The notes: generated by a model from the letters alone, not told the origin. Shown: positions 10,617 to 25,600, counted from the stretch's first letter. The stretch: DNA of 64,000 nucleotides from Mytilus californianus (GCF_021869535.1 NW_026262668.1:28582001-28646000), one strand, 5' to 3'. Numbers and translations: made by a program.

Positions 10617-13600
10617 ATGGCTGACACTGCCAAACGGGAGAAAATCGCTGCTGCTAGAAAGAAGGTTATCATCTAATTTCGTTACCCGTTTAATACTCAA
10701 TTTTCGTAGATATTGTACAGGAAAGTATGGGTATTTTGTCCATATCAAATGACCCACATAGTAGTTTGGTTTCCTAATATTTTCTTCCTTTTCCCTCCAC
10801 AGTTATTTTGACAGCAGCCGGTTCATCAGTTCAATCATGTACACAGTGATACGATATATTAATGGAGACAGTCGTTATTGCATATATGTAAAATGATAAA
10901 CAGTGTACATGTACTATAGGAGCCTTGGTGGCTGAGTGGAATATGTAGTTTATCAACAGTGATCACTACTACACTACTGTCACTAGCCTGTAAACATAGA
11001 CCTTATTGCTAGTTTGGAATCTAGGAACTTTACTTGAGAATCTTCAACATTTGAACTATTGACATCATACAACAATCACTTTTCCTTTGAGGCGTCAGGC
11101 ATTTTCTTTTGTGACGTGAAAATTTTACGGGAACTTTTGTGATGTCTAGTAATTGTCCTGGTGGTGGGTTGTATATAAGTTAGTGACACATCTCCATTAA
11201 TCCTGATAGGGAGTGTACATGGATTCCACTGTACCCTCTCAGCAATCGAGGGGTGCTCCGTTCAGGGAGGGATCTCCGTACATACAATACAATACAATGG
11301 CGGACAAATAGTGATAAAGGTGTATTGAGGTTGTAAAAGAAGTTTAGAACCCCTCTCGTGGCTAGTTCCGTTCTTAGTATTTCAATCTGATTAGACTATG
11401 ACTGTCTTTTCCTGCTTAAGGTTGGATAAAATGGGTTATACAGAACAAATAGTCGAATCAACTATAATATATAGGAAGATTAAAATTGATAAGTTATTAG
11501 ATCTAGTAAGAATTTATCTTGGTATTCAGTTGAGAGTTTATGTATGTTGACAGGCTGACAGTTTATCACATGTATGTTGAAAGCTGACATTTTGACTGTT
11601 TTACTAGTTACAGTTTGGAACTGATAAAATGAATTTATGTATCGTAATAGGTTTGCTCTGGAAAAAAAAACAGCTCAGCTGTCAACCAATTATTCTAATA
11701 TATACATTATACTGTCTTTTTGTCAACCTCAAATCTAATACCTGTTGACATGAAAACCTCTGATTTATACATCTTAGATTTGTCAACACTAGCTGTCAAC
11801 CAATTGTTCCAATATACTCTCTACTCATCAATGGTATCCGGTCTGTTCGCCCTACTTTTACAGAAAAAGTATATTAATATTAATCAGTCAGGGATATAAC
11901 TCTATAGGGTTATTACAGAAAATAACTTGCATGTGTTATTACAGATACTTTTATGAGTTGTCTACTCTTTAATACTTAAATTTACTAAATCTGTAATAAC
12001 ATATGTTTGTTATTTGTAAAATAAACCATAAATATTTTTATTTTTAGTGGGCTCGAGGGAACTCTTGAAACTTTGCGCAGAAACTAAATGCATAGCCTTG
12101 ATAACTAACTATTAATTTAGATTAATACATTTTTCATTAACCATGGTAAATCAATGAGACAAGGCTTTTAAGTGATTAACTTAGCTGTAATAACAAGGCT
12201 TAGTTATTACAGGCATGTAACTTCTTAAATGAGACACTTGGGAATTACTGGGAAGCTTGCGCAGAACCTCATTACATGCTCTGATCATTACTTCTTACAA
12301 TAAATTAAAATTCATTGTAATTGAGCATGATCTATGTCTGAGCAAATGCTTTGAAGTGATGTAGAGAAGCTGTAATAACACCCTTTAGTTATTACAGGCA
12401 TATTTGTTCTGTTATAACATAGGTGTGATATGCATGATTGGCAAACTATGAACTGTTATATCTTTCTATAGTTAAGTATAGAGACATAAAGACAGTAGCA
12501 ATATCAATAGAACTTGTATACATTTTAACAAAACTAATGATGTATATTGTCCCTTTGAAACATATAACATACATATGTTATCACAGTTCTTTGATTTTTT
12601 TGTCCACAATAACAAGCGTATGTTATTTTTCTCTAATAACCCTATAGAGTTATATCCTTGACTGTTAATGGTATTAAGGTTTTAGTAAACTTACTGTAAA
12701 TTCAGAAATTATTGCGAATAATGCCATTTGCATTCTGATATCTGACATATATTTGTATGCAGCTTTTCCACAAATCGCAATAATTAATCTCGCATTTTTG
12801 TCCATTCTGCAAAAATCGCAATAATAAATGCATGCAATAATTTCTGAATTTACATTATTCATATACCATGTATACAGTGATATACTGATATGGATAATAT
12901 TGAACAAAATATATATATTTCTCAAAATTCATGAGAAAACATGGAAATATTTAAAATTAATGTCTTGTTTTGGAGCATTAATTGTTCTTAATTATAATGT
13001 CTTTGTAATGATTGTTGTATTAATAGTATTTGGTGGATTTATAATGAAAACAACATTTTTATAAAGTAAACTAGTCAGCTTGGAATGATGGTGTATGAAT
13101 TGTAAAACATGAAAAGGAAACTTTGAATTATCTATAAACATGATAAATTCATTTATTATTACACATACATTTACTGTCTAGATTGACTTACTAGAATTAT
13201 TGAGAAATGAGAACTATTCCTAAATTGGTCACTCTGAGCTATTAGAACTGAAATGGGACTCTTACCAAATTTCTGAAACTTAATATTTTGTGTCCCTTTT
13301 TTGGATAAGATCCAAGACAAACATATTTTCTTCAGTTTTTTTTATACTTGGCAAGATAGTAAAATGAGGATTTTTTGGAAAAAATACAAAAATTGGAGAT
13401 TACCACAATGGTAGCGGACATCACCCTGTCAATGTCTGAATGATTTTAATTTATGTAAATACTGATATTCATGTCAGCTCAGTTAAAATAAAGGTTAGAT
13501 TGTTTGCCCAATCATTATTTTGTTGTCTGGTATATCAAATTCAGTGTTTGTAATCAATTCTTTTTTGCTAAACTATATTAGGGACACGTGTCCATCAAAT

Positions 13601-16600
13601 GTTTTTTTTAAGATTGTGTTCAAAAATCATGAGGCAACATTAGGGAATTTTACAGAAAATCAAGGGCGACATAAATTCCTCCCTAGGGCTTCTCTAGAGG
13701 AAATTTGGGCATCCTAGGGAGACATAGTCGCTCACTTGGCCTGGTGAGGTGACCCTTGATCTTACATTTAAATATTTGCAAATGTTTATAATTACTGTGT
13801 TGTAAAGTTGAATCCTGCTGCCAGTCATGCCAGTGACTCGTTAGAGTTTGATTCAATAATTAAATCAAAATTAAGCCTGTAATAGTCATATAGACATGAT
13901 AGATGACTAGATGACTGTTGACTAGTGTTAAATTAATAGTAAAGTTCTTATTTTTTTATTTTCATGGCAGATTATGATAAATGGAAAGCAGTAATGTATG
14001 CATATACATTTTTTTCAGTTGAACCAGTTTAAGAAGAAAACTGGGAAGACTTCTCCAGCAAATGCTAAAAAGTCTAAAATCAATGATGAATGTACACAGA
14101 ACCCAGAAAATGATATAAAGCAAACAGCTGAAAACACATTCCAAAACATAAATGGTAATTCTGCAGCAGAAATAATCCAGGTAAAACACATCCTTAAACA
14201 TAAATGGTAGTTCTACACAAGATAAATTCAGGTAAAAACCCTTCCCTAAACATATATGATAATTCTACAGGTCAGATAAAATACAGGTAATACAAATTCC
14301 AATAGACAAAACATAAATGATAATTCTACAGATCAGATAAAATACAGGTAATACACATTCTAATAGACAAAACATAAATGATAATTCTACAGATCAGATA
14401 AAATACAGGTAATACACATTCCAATAGACAAAACATAAATGATAATTCTACAGATCAGATGAAATACAGGTAATACACATTCTAATAGACAAAACATAAA
14501 TGATAATTCTACAGATCAGATAAAATACAGGTAATACACATTCTAATAGACAAAACATAAATGATAATTCTACAGATCAGATAAAATACAGGTAATACAC
14601 ATTCTAATAGACAAAACATAAATGATAATTCTACAGATCAGATAAAATACAGGTAATACACATTCCAATAGACAAAACATGAATGATAATTCTACAGATC
14701 AGATAAAATACAGGTAATACACATTCTAATAGACAAAACTTAAATGATAATTCTACAGATCAGATAAAATACAGGTAATACACATTCTAATAGACAAAAC
14801 ATAAATGATAATTCTACAGATCAGATAAAATACAGGTAATACACATTCTAATAGACAAAACTTAAATGATAATTCTACAGATCAGATAAAATACAGGTAA
14901 TACACATTCTAATAGACAAAACATAAATGATAATTCTAAAGATCAGATAAAATACAGCTAATACACATTCTAATAGACAAAACATAAATGATAATTCTAC
15001 AGATCAGATAAAATACAGGTAATTAACATTTTAATAGACAAAACATAAATGATAATTCTACAGATCAGATAAAATACAGGTAATACACATACTAATAGAC
15101 AAAACATAAATGATAATTCTACAACAGATATAATCCAGGTTTGTTTTAAATAGAAAATGTCCATTTTTCCCCATATGTAACTGTTTAGACATTTTGACTT
15201 CGACGAAATTAATGTTCGTTTTTGTGATAAAGATACATCTACAGATGGTCCGAGTACACAGTTATCGTCCTTTGATTTTCGTTGTCCTCAAATGTAGTCC
15301 CTAGTGTGGACAGTGTGTTACTTGCCATTTTTTTTTATACCCCTTCCAAATTTATTTCTCCATGTTTTATGACTCAAATAGCAATTAGGGGGGTGAAATG
15401 ACACTGTAAAAAAATTTGGGTCATGAATTTTAAAGTAAAGTAGTGATTTGGTCCAGCTGAAAAATGTTAAAAATTAGCACTTTGGAAGCTGTCAAAAGAT
15501 TTGAAGACCCCCTTAACATAAAATTGTCCATATTTTGAGTTAGAGCCGATGAAGTTTTCTATAATTTTGATATAATTTGTCCCAAAAGTAGTACAACACA
15601 CTGTAAAAATATTATTGAGAAAGCGCAGGTGGGATTTTTTTAATTTTCATTTATTGTCTAAAAGAAATGCACTACGAAATAACTGTGTACTCGGACCTAA
15701 GAGGTGAAATCAGGAAATATAGAATCTGTACTTTGGCAACTTCCTTGAATGATTTGATGGTGTCAATTTGTCAAATAGCATAAAACTAAAGGATTTAAAC
15801 TTTTATTTGATAGAATTTCTGCAAAAATGACCAATTTGGGCATATTATGGTCAAAATAAGCATTTCATAGCTTTTTCAATTTTGATGCATAAGTGGCATT
15901 CTGACTTTCTATCTGACAGGTTTTTATGTGTCAATATTTGTGTTTCTATGCTTCAATCCAGTTGTATTACTCATTTGTGAACTCTGAATCTACAGAAAAG
16001 AAGATTATCTCAGACAATATGTACAAAATGTGTTGTATATATGACCCTCGTCTAACGCCCTGTTTGGATCAAGTTAAATGTGAGGAGCTTGGAACATAAA
16101 AGTTGAAGTCCATAATAAAGACCTCACTAAATTTGTATAAAAAGCACTTAACAATGTCTTTTGTACCTGTTTCATGTCACATAATATCTTTCTTTTCTTC
16201 TGTAGGATAGCAAGTGGTTCAAATATAAGCTTGTTGCGACTAAAATTGCATGCATGTTTTTCACTAAAAAGTGAAAAATCTTTGTATCAGACCATACTGT
16301 CAGCAAAAAAAGTTGAATGCAAGAGTCTTTTTGTGCTCAGATTTATTGTATCATGTCACCTGAGTATAGAAATGATAGAAAAGACACAAATTTTTATTTC
16401 CTATAGCTTCAATATGCATTTTTAAATGTAAATATGTGCTACGGCCTAAATTGACCCTAAATTATTTTCAGTCTTACTTGGCCTAAGACCCTTTTAAACT
16501 AATATGATATGTTATTTGTGAGTTTTCTTTCCATTTAAAGTACATTAAATATATATGTAAAGATGATTTATAACCAAAAAGCTTTACAAATTTAAAATTG

Positions 16601-19600
16601 CTGGAAAATATTACATCTTCATGTAAGGCCCCCCTTCATTGGAAAACCTCCATTTTTAGGCACAGGCTCATATAAATTTGACTTTTTAATAGTTATGATA
16701 AGTCTGATAAATCAAATGAGTACTCAATTGCTTTTAATACATAATATTTTATATATTAAGGCATTTCAAAAGTATTTTTTTGCAATATTTAAATTTTTTA
16801 AGCCCCAAATGTTGATAGTTGAAATTTTTCAATTTTAACGTCTACATTTAACACGCAAAGTTGAATATAGAATTAGTCATATTGTCTATGATATATATCC
16901 TATTGCCATGAAACTTTGTAGGCAGTCTTATAATTTATTAAGCTTTGGTCATACCAAGTTTCATTAAGATTGGTCAACTTTTTCTACCCTATTAGGTCCG
17001 AGTACACAGTTATCGTCCTTTGATTTTCGTTGTCCTCAAATGTAGTCCCTAGTGTGGACAGTGTGTTACTTGCCATTTTTTTTTATACCCCTTCCAAATT
17101 TATTTCTCCATGTTTTATGACTCAAATAGCAATTAGGGGGGTGAAATGACACTGTAAAAAAATTTGGGTCATGAATTTTAAAGTAAAGTAGTGATTTGGT
17201 CCAGCTGAAAAATGTTAAAAATTAGCACTTTGGAAGCTGTCAAAAGATTTGAAGACCCCCTTAACATAAAATTGTCCATATTTTGAGTTAGAGCCGATGA
17301 AGTTTTCTATAATTTTGATATAATTTGTCCCAAAAGTAGTACAACACACTGTAAAAATATTATTGAGAAAGCGCAGGTGGGATTTTTTTAATTTTCATTT
17401 ATTGTCTAAAAGAAATGCACTACGAAATAACTGTGTACTCGGACCTAAGAGGTGAAATCAGGAAATATAGAATCTGTACTTTGGCAACTTCCTTGAATGA
17501 TTTGATGGTGTCAATTTGTCAAATAGCATAAAACTAAAGGATTTAAACTTTTATTTGATAGAATTTCTGCAAAAATGACCAATTTGGGCATATTATGGTC
17601 AAAATAAGCATTTCATAGCTTTTTCAATTTTGATGCATAAGTGGCATTCTGACTTTCTATCTGACAGGTTTTTATGTGTCAATATTTGTGTTTCTATGCT
17701 TCAATCCAGTTGTATTACTCATTTGTGAACTCTGAATCTACAGAAAAGAAGATTATCTCAGACAATATGTACAAAATGTGTTGTATATATGACCCTCGTC
17801 TAACGCCCTGTTTGGATCAAGTTAAATGTGAGGAGCTTGGAACATAAAAGTTGAAGTCCATAATAAAGACCTCACTAAATTTGTATAAAAAGCACTTAAC
17901 AATGTCTTTTGTACCTGTTTCATGTCACATAATATCTTTCTTTTCTTCTGTAGGATAGCAAGTGGTTCAAATATAAGCTTGTTGCGACTAAAATTGCATG
18001 CATGTTTTTCACTAAAAAGTGAAAAATCTTTGTATCAGACCATACTGTCAGCAAAAAAAGTTGAATGCAAGAGTCTTTTTGTGCTCAGATTTATTGTATC
18101 ATGTCACCTGAGTATAGAAATGATAGAAAAGACACAAATTTTTATTTCCTATAGCTTCAATATGCATTTTTAAATGTAAATATGTGCTACGGCCTAAATT
18201 GACCCTAAATTATTTTCAGTCTTACTTGGCCTAAGACCCTTTTAAACTAATATGATATGTTATTTGTGAGTTTTCTTTCCATTTAAAGTACATTAAATAT
18301 ATATGTAAAGATGATTTATAACCAAAAAGCTTTACAAATTTAAAATTGCTGGAAAATATTACATCTTCATGTAAGGCCCCCCTTCATTGGAAAACCTCCA
18401 TTTTTAGGCACAGGCTCATATAAATTTGACTTTTTAATAGTTATGATAAGTCTGATAAATCAAATGAGTACTCAATTGCTTTTAATACATAATATTTTAT
18501 ATATTAAGGCATTTCAAAAGTATTTTTTTGCAATATTTAAATTTTTTAAGCCCCAAATGTTGATAGTTGAAATTTTTCAATTTTAACGTCTACATTTAAC
18601 ACGCAAAGTTGAATATAGAATTAGTCATATTGTCTATGATATATATCCTATTGCCATGAAACTTTGTAGGCAGTCTTATAATTTATTAAGCTTTGGTCAT
18701 ACCAAGTTTCATTAAGATTGGTCAACTTTTTCTACCCTATTAGGTCCAAGTACACAGTTATCGTCCTTTGATTTTCGTTGTCCTCAAATGTAGTCCCTAG
18801 TGTGGACAGTGTGTTACTTGCCATTTTTTTTTATACCCCTTCCAAATTTATTTCTCCATGTTTTATGACTCAAATAGCAATTAGGGGGGTGAAATGACAC
18901 TGTAAAAAAATTTGGGTCATGAATTTTAAAGTAAAGTAGTGATTTGGTCCAGCTGAAAAATGTTAAAAATTAGCACTTTGGAAGCTGTCAAAAGATTTGA
19001 AGACCCCCTTAACATAAAATTGTCCATATTTTGAGTTAGAGCCGATGAAGTTTTCTATAATTTTGATATAATTTGTCCCAAAAGTAGTACAACACACTGT
19101 AAAACTATTATTGAGAAAGCGCAGGTGGGATTTTTTTAATTTTCATTTATTGTCTAAAAGAAATGCACTACGAAATAACTGTGTACTCGGACCAGATGGG
19201 ACAAGTTGTGTCCATCATAGCAGATCTATTTCTTTGTTTCTATGACTATATATTAAGTCTGAGGAAACATAAGTAAATTGATATTTTTAACATAATATTT
19301 AAATGACAAATTCGTTCCAAATGAATCCAGATTCTTCGTTGTATTACAAATATCATTTATACTTCTGATCTTGCCTAGAAAGTGACCTTATATCAATTAT
19401 ATATATTTATATCCAACAGTTTTAAAAAAAGAGGCGAAAGGTACCAAAGGGACAAAAAAATCATTCGTTGGAATTTAAAGAAACTAACAACACAGTGGGA
19501 AAAAAGTGAAAATTGTTTACAAAACACTACATACAAATGACATATTATATATTCTAATCTATGCTTTAAGAGAGTTAATATTTTTAGTACTACATTTAAT

Positions 19601-22600
19601 ATCTTTATGTTCATATATAAAAAGGAACAATTTAAGCTTTGTATAACTCAACACTGACATACATGTCCAAGTGGCAGAAATGCTGATTTGTCAGTCTACA
19701 GGCAAGCTCCACTACTGCAGACTAGTCAACTGAAAGTTGATGTTATTATGATTCAACAAAGATTGTTATTTATAAATGTATGTAAAGTAGTGTCATTGTA
19801 GAATTTTATAAGTATGTAAAAAAAAACCTATATGTTTTCATGTGTGTTTGTGTAGATTTGATAATCTGAAATTGTCTCCTACTTTTTATTCAGACTACAG
19901 ATTCCCCAGACTCCATAGAAAACAGAACAGATAGTGAAGATCTAAAGTAAGTTAAATATACAAAACAACCAAAAAGTAAATATTTCATTCATTAAAAACT
20001 CAATTTCATTTTTAGTTTTATTTGAATTATATCAATGAAATGTTTGAAATTGCCAAAAAAAAAAAAAAAAAAATGTTATCTGAAGAATATTGACTCTTTA
20101 AGATCATATTTAGGAGATTCTAACTTTATGTGATGTATAGAAATAAAACATCAAATATAAAAGAGACCGATACAAATACACCTGTTCCAATATATGAATG
20201 AGGCTTTTCCAGAGTTGTTAATCTGTGTTCATTGGGGAGAGGGTGTGTTGTGTTTATTAGAATGATTTGCTGTTGAAGCACATTGATTTAATTAGAGTTA
20301 TTTTCCTGATGCATGTAGTTTAAAGGAGGTTTGGTTTGCTTGCTTGCTTTGTTTGTATAAACATTTGCTCAAGCATTGTGATTAAAATTGACATCTGGAA
20401 TCAATAGCTAGGCGGGGCTTCAGCTTGTATACATTATACTCTGCATTATACTTTAACATCCAATAACATTTAAGTATAATGTATACAAGCTGAAGCCCCG
20501 CCTATCTATTGATTGCAGATGTCAATCTTAATTACAATGCTTGAGGCTGAGCAAACATTTATACAAATAAAGAAAGCAAGCCAACAAAACCATTAAACTA
20601 CAAGCAAAAGGAAAATAGCTCTAAAGGCTTTTTAAGTTTAAATCTAAATGATATTAATTAATTATTTTGAGACATACCGGGTATTTATTTTTATGCCCCC
20701 GCCGTAGCGGAGGGGGCATTAAGTTTTACCCTTGTCCTTTTGTACGTACGTCCCAAAGTTGGTTTCCATTCTCTAACTTTAGTTTGCCTCCACCAAATGT
20801 TATGAATCTTATACACAATGCTTATTACCACAAAACACAGATCAAGTTTGAATTTTGGTGGCATCACTTTTACCGTTCTAGAGTTATGCCCCTTTACAAA
20901 TGGAAAAATTGCTGAATTTTTTGTTTCTATTCTCTTACTTTAGTTTGCCTCAACCAAATGTTATGAAACTTATACACAATGCTTAATACCACAAAACTCA
21001 GATCAAGTACAAATTTGGGTAGCGTCACTTTTACAGTTATTGAGTTATGTCCCTTTGTAACGTTATATGCAAGCAGGGGCGTCATCTGTGTCCCATGGAC
21101 ACATTCCCCATTTATTTATAATTGTAAATGTTATGCATAGATGGTGAATGTGAAGTCATCAAACCCCTAGCCCTCATTAATATCTGGAAAATATAATACA
21201 AACATCATTGCAACTTTCATTATTAATTTGTATCTTAATAAGTGATTTATTATTTTATTTTTGTCCAGTAAAATGAGAACACATCCCAATTTGCCTCCAG
21301 GAAGGTACTTTTAGTTTCTTTTTTAATACAAAATCTGTTTTCTCAATCTGTTGGTCACATGTAGATGTGGTTTTATATTAAATTGCTTTATTGAACTACA
21401 AAGGTATAATGGTATTTTACATCATGTGCATTATCTGAAAAGGTCTTTGAATTTAGAGTAATGTTTAGTAACATTTACATGTTTGTAAAATTCAGATATT
21501 TGTGGATCTTGGTTTTATTGATTTGTTATACAATGTAGTATTTATTCATACCTACTTGTGACTGACAGAATTTGATCTTTACACCTATTTGTGTTAATTT
21601 AATGTAACTGTCTCAAACATTTCCATGTGTAATCGGCATGAGATTGCTTATAATTAGAAAATAACTTTTGAATGAAATGCACGGATTTCTTAATAAGTAT
21701 ACTCCCCACATCATCTTTTCCTTATAGCTTCAGAAGTGTTCTAATACCATTTTTAGTGAAATTTTTGAAGAAAATTAATTTGAAGGCCGTACAGTTGCCT
21801 ATAATTGTTCCAATCATTTGAACTTTGGTGGATAGTTGTCTCATTGGCAATCATACCACATCTCCTTATTTTTATATTGTACATGATAATGAAATCTCAA
21901 TGAAAATTCCTGATATTAAATCTCTGAAGAATTTCTCTTAGTGTCAATGCTTATCCAATGAAAATATTTAACCCGTGTATAAAGCAAAAGATCATTGCTT
22001 TTTTATCAATCCATAATACAGACATGATACATGCACCAGTCTTCACGAGAAAATTTTAACTCTGTCAGGAAATTTCTGTAAGTTGATTGTATATGTCGGA
22101 ACATGTTTTAGTTAATGGCATAAAAGTGGATTAAAAGTACAAAATTTCATTGATATGATATGCTGATATGCAGTCAATAGAAATTTAACTGATATTGAAA
22201 TTTTGATTCAAGTTTGTATGAATTTTTAAGCTCTTAATATGAATTGTAGCTATGGTTGAATCCGATTTATTTAACGCAGATATGTTTATATATTTGTCTT
22301 TCACAATTGATATCTCCCACTTATTCTTTGAGACCCTTGCTCTTTCCTCTAGTGAATGCTAATATAAATGCTAAACTGATCAATGATCTGTCCCTGACTT
22401 TATATGCATCTATAAAGATAATTAAATAAATGTTTCTGAACTGTTTTCAACATATAACCGTCTTGTATATATATATATCTGATACTTTTTCCCAGACTAT
22501 CCCGTTACGTAGACCTGTAGTTTCATAAATTTTGGTGTATATTTAATAGATACATATTATGTAGAAAGATAAGGTTGAATCATCAAACAATTTAGAAAAG

Positions 22601-25600
22601 GCCATATAAAGATTCATATGTTTTTTTTTATTATTAATTTTTAATCAAGCATGACTGAATACTCTTTACAATTTATCATAAGGATTAAATCCAAAACATA
22701 CTTAATTTTATATTTTGCTATTGAATAGTTAAGGCAAATTCTAATAGAACATTTGTGTTATAGTCATATACAGTATATCTTAGGGGAATACTATATGTAT
22801 GATTAACATTTATTATTCAGGACTACAGCCTCCACAGAAAGTCTACACCAACTATCCAGACAGTTAAATGGACTTTTGGCAGAGGTATAACAAGTGTTAT
22901 AACAAAGTTGTTGCTACTTAGCTTTAACAAGATGAAAAATTATCATTAGCTGTATTTCATACCTACAATTATCATTTGAGAATAACATTGCATGTACTAA
23001 CGAGTGTTTTAAAAAAACATCTGTAATGTGCAAATAAGGTTGCCACAGTTTTCCAAAAAATATTCAAAACATGTAAAAATTTCTGAAATTGGTAAAGTTT
23101 ACATGTTTCACTGCACTCACTGCTAAGTTCAATCAACTGCTGCATACCATAGAAATAGGTACCCATTAATTTTGCCATGTACATCACAATTTGGGGATTT
23201 TTTTATTCATAATTACATCTTTTTATTTTCTATCATGTTTATACGTTATATTGAATGAAGGAATTGTTATGTTTTAGTCTAGTGCATTGATTGGAGCAGA
23301 TGATATTGATACATCTAGTGTAGCAGAACTTGAAGTAAGTATGAATTATGTTTTACTTTCAAATGAACGTCAGGGCAACCTTTGTTAAATGAGATCAATA
23401 TTTCAATAGGTGTGTTTGAGTCTACTCAAAACAAACAGGAAATACATACACTGACATAGAAGCTAAATTATACAAAGACTCTGCTAAACATCTCAAATGT
23501 CATGTAGATTGTCTCTCTCCTAACACTATATAATGTTACATTTTCTTACCAGCTATTACAGCAAGTAAATACAAATTTTGAGGTGTTGTATTAAAACAGT
23601 ATGATACTGACCTTTTTATAACCCCTGCTGAGACGGGGTATATACTGCTTCTGTCATTCTCTCGTCTGTCCATCTCATGAAATACAAAGATAAAGCTTTC
23701 TGAAATTTGTTATCAGGCTTCATGAGCATGTTTTTTTTACACCCATCACTCAGCAACTTCCAGCAAGAGAATCATTGTATCAAAGTTAGCATAAGCTCAT
23801 ACTATATTTTGTTCTACCATTAGATGAATGTATGGAAAATATATGGAATTTTATGCAGATAAAAAAACTTTTTGTGAGTAGATATTGTAATTTGATTATT
23901 TTACAGAGAAGAAATCAAGATCTTGCTGCTTTGTTAGAGAAACATTCCCAGGCTAATGAGCAATTAAATCTACAAATACAACAGATTGTAAGTGATTTAT
24001 CATACAGTGATTATTTTTTACACCAGTTTCAAGTTGTTTGCAATTTTAAGAAAGAAACTATTATTTTTTTATCAGCACTTCAAAAACAATTGATATAAAG
24101 GACCAAAATGTCATTGTTATAAACATGTCAATAGATAAACAGATGCCAGATTAAGTTCAGTTGTAGCCAGAACTGAAAATTTTGCTCCTCACATTTCCAC
24201 GTTATTATACAACTGGCTTTCAAGTGAGTGAGTAATTTTTTTTGCACTGAAAATTGAGGTTTTTTTCAGGTCAGGACAGAATTTTGCATTGCAACAGGTA
24301 TCCTTCAGAACGCTCAAAGGGTGGTTTCAAGAGTTCATGCACAGTCAAGGGTCATTCAATATAGAATCATATGTATTCAACAGACAGCTCATACATGTAT
24401 TAAAGTATATTTTGTTATTATAGAGAGATCATTCTAAAAATCTACAAGGCCAACTAGAGAGAGAAAGAGAAAATTTTATTACAAAACAGAAACAGGAACT
24501 AGGACCATTAAAAGATCAACTTCAGGTAAGTGAAGCATATCAGTTTTCATCAGATTGATATTTAAGCTAGTTCACAAATTTATTATAAAAAAGACGAGAT
24601 GTGGTATGATTGCCGATGAGTCAACTCTCCACTAGAGTATTAGCTGACTTACAATCTCGTTATTCCATGTTATGAATGGGTGAGGAGTCAATGATTTAAA
24701 AATAGTTACATGTAGATATCAATGTTATGATTACATCACACCTTTATTTTGTACTAGTACTGTTAACCAACCAAGTTTTGTGACCTTTGCTGGTAGAAAA
24801 ATAACTTTAATATAAATCTTCACCAATATGTAAAACTTGGATCTTCTCATATAAATACATCAAGAAAATTCGAAAATTAGGAATATATATATAGTGAACA
24901 ATGTGGATAAGAAAGTACTAAGTGCATAATAAAGTATCCGTGAACATAAGGTGGTGTACAGTATGTGAAAAAAGATAAAATGGCCTTCGCTGTTGAATAG
25001 TCGCCAATCAAACACTATGATTTCATTTTTTCCATTTTAACTTTTATGGTGTGGTAGAAAGTCATAATATATATATCATTAGGTTACACTTAATTCATAC
25101 ATTATATTCATTAATTTGATCTATATTATTATTGAGATTTCTTTGGCCTTTATTTTTTTACAAGGTACATATACAAACAATTGGCATATTAGTGGCAGAA
25201 AAAACTGAGACACAATCACAGTTAAACCAGTCACAGAAATTAGCTGAGACCAGGTTTAGTAAGTATCCTAAATAACTGCAATTGTTAAAATACATGAATT
25301 TGTAGACTGAAAATTTTAAATTAGTACAGGAATGTTTCAACTCCTTTCTCTTTGAAAGCAAAAAGTAAAAAAAAAAGCAATTTGGTTGATTTTTTAGCTC
25401 ACCTGACCTGAAAGGTCAAGTGAGCTTTTCTCATCACTTTGCGTCCGTCGTCCGTCGTCCTGCGTCCGTCGTCCGTAAACTTTTACAAAAATCTTCTCCT
25501 CTGAAACTACTGGGCCAAATTTAACCAAACTTGGCCACAATCATCATTGGGGTATCTAGTTTTAAAAATGTGTGGCGTGACCCGGTCAACCAACCAAGAT

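Noticed and set aside
11190-11420. GC-richer patch reminiscent of a DIRS-like element end
   Set aside because: There are no ORFs or verifiable terminal repeats in the window; the resemblance is only an impression.
14287-15138. CRISPR-like regular array (also the 27-bp and 44-bp arrays)
   Set aside because: The units are contiguous with no unique spacers, there are no cas genes, and the context is a eukaryotic intron.
16174-18173. Two identical 83-aa ORFs (16174-16425 and 17922-18173)
   Set aside because: They are a by-product of the 1748-bp duplication, with no recognisable domain and an intron-like composition.
15247-19193. Tandem LTR/TRIM interpretation of A-B-A-B-A
   Set aside because: A has GG..CC 19-bp TIRs rather than TG..CA ends, and no PBS or PPT lies next to A on either strand.
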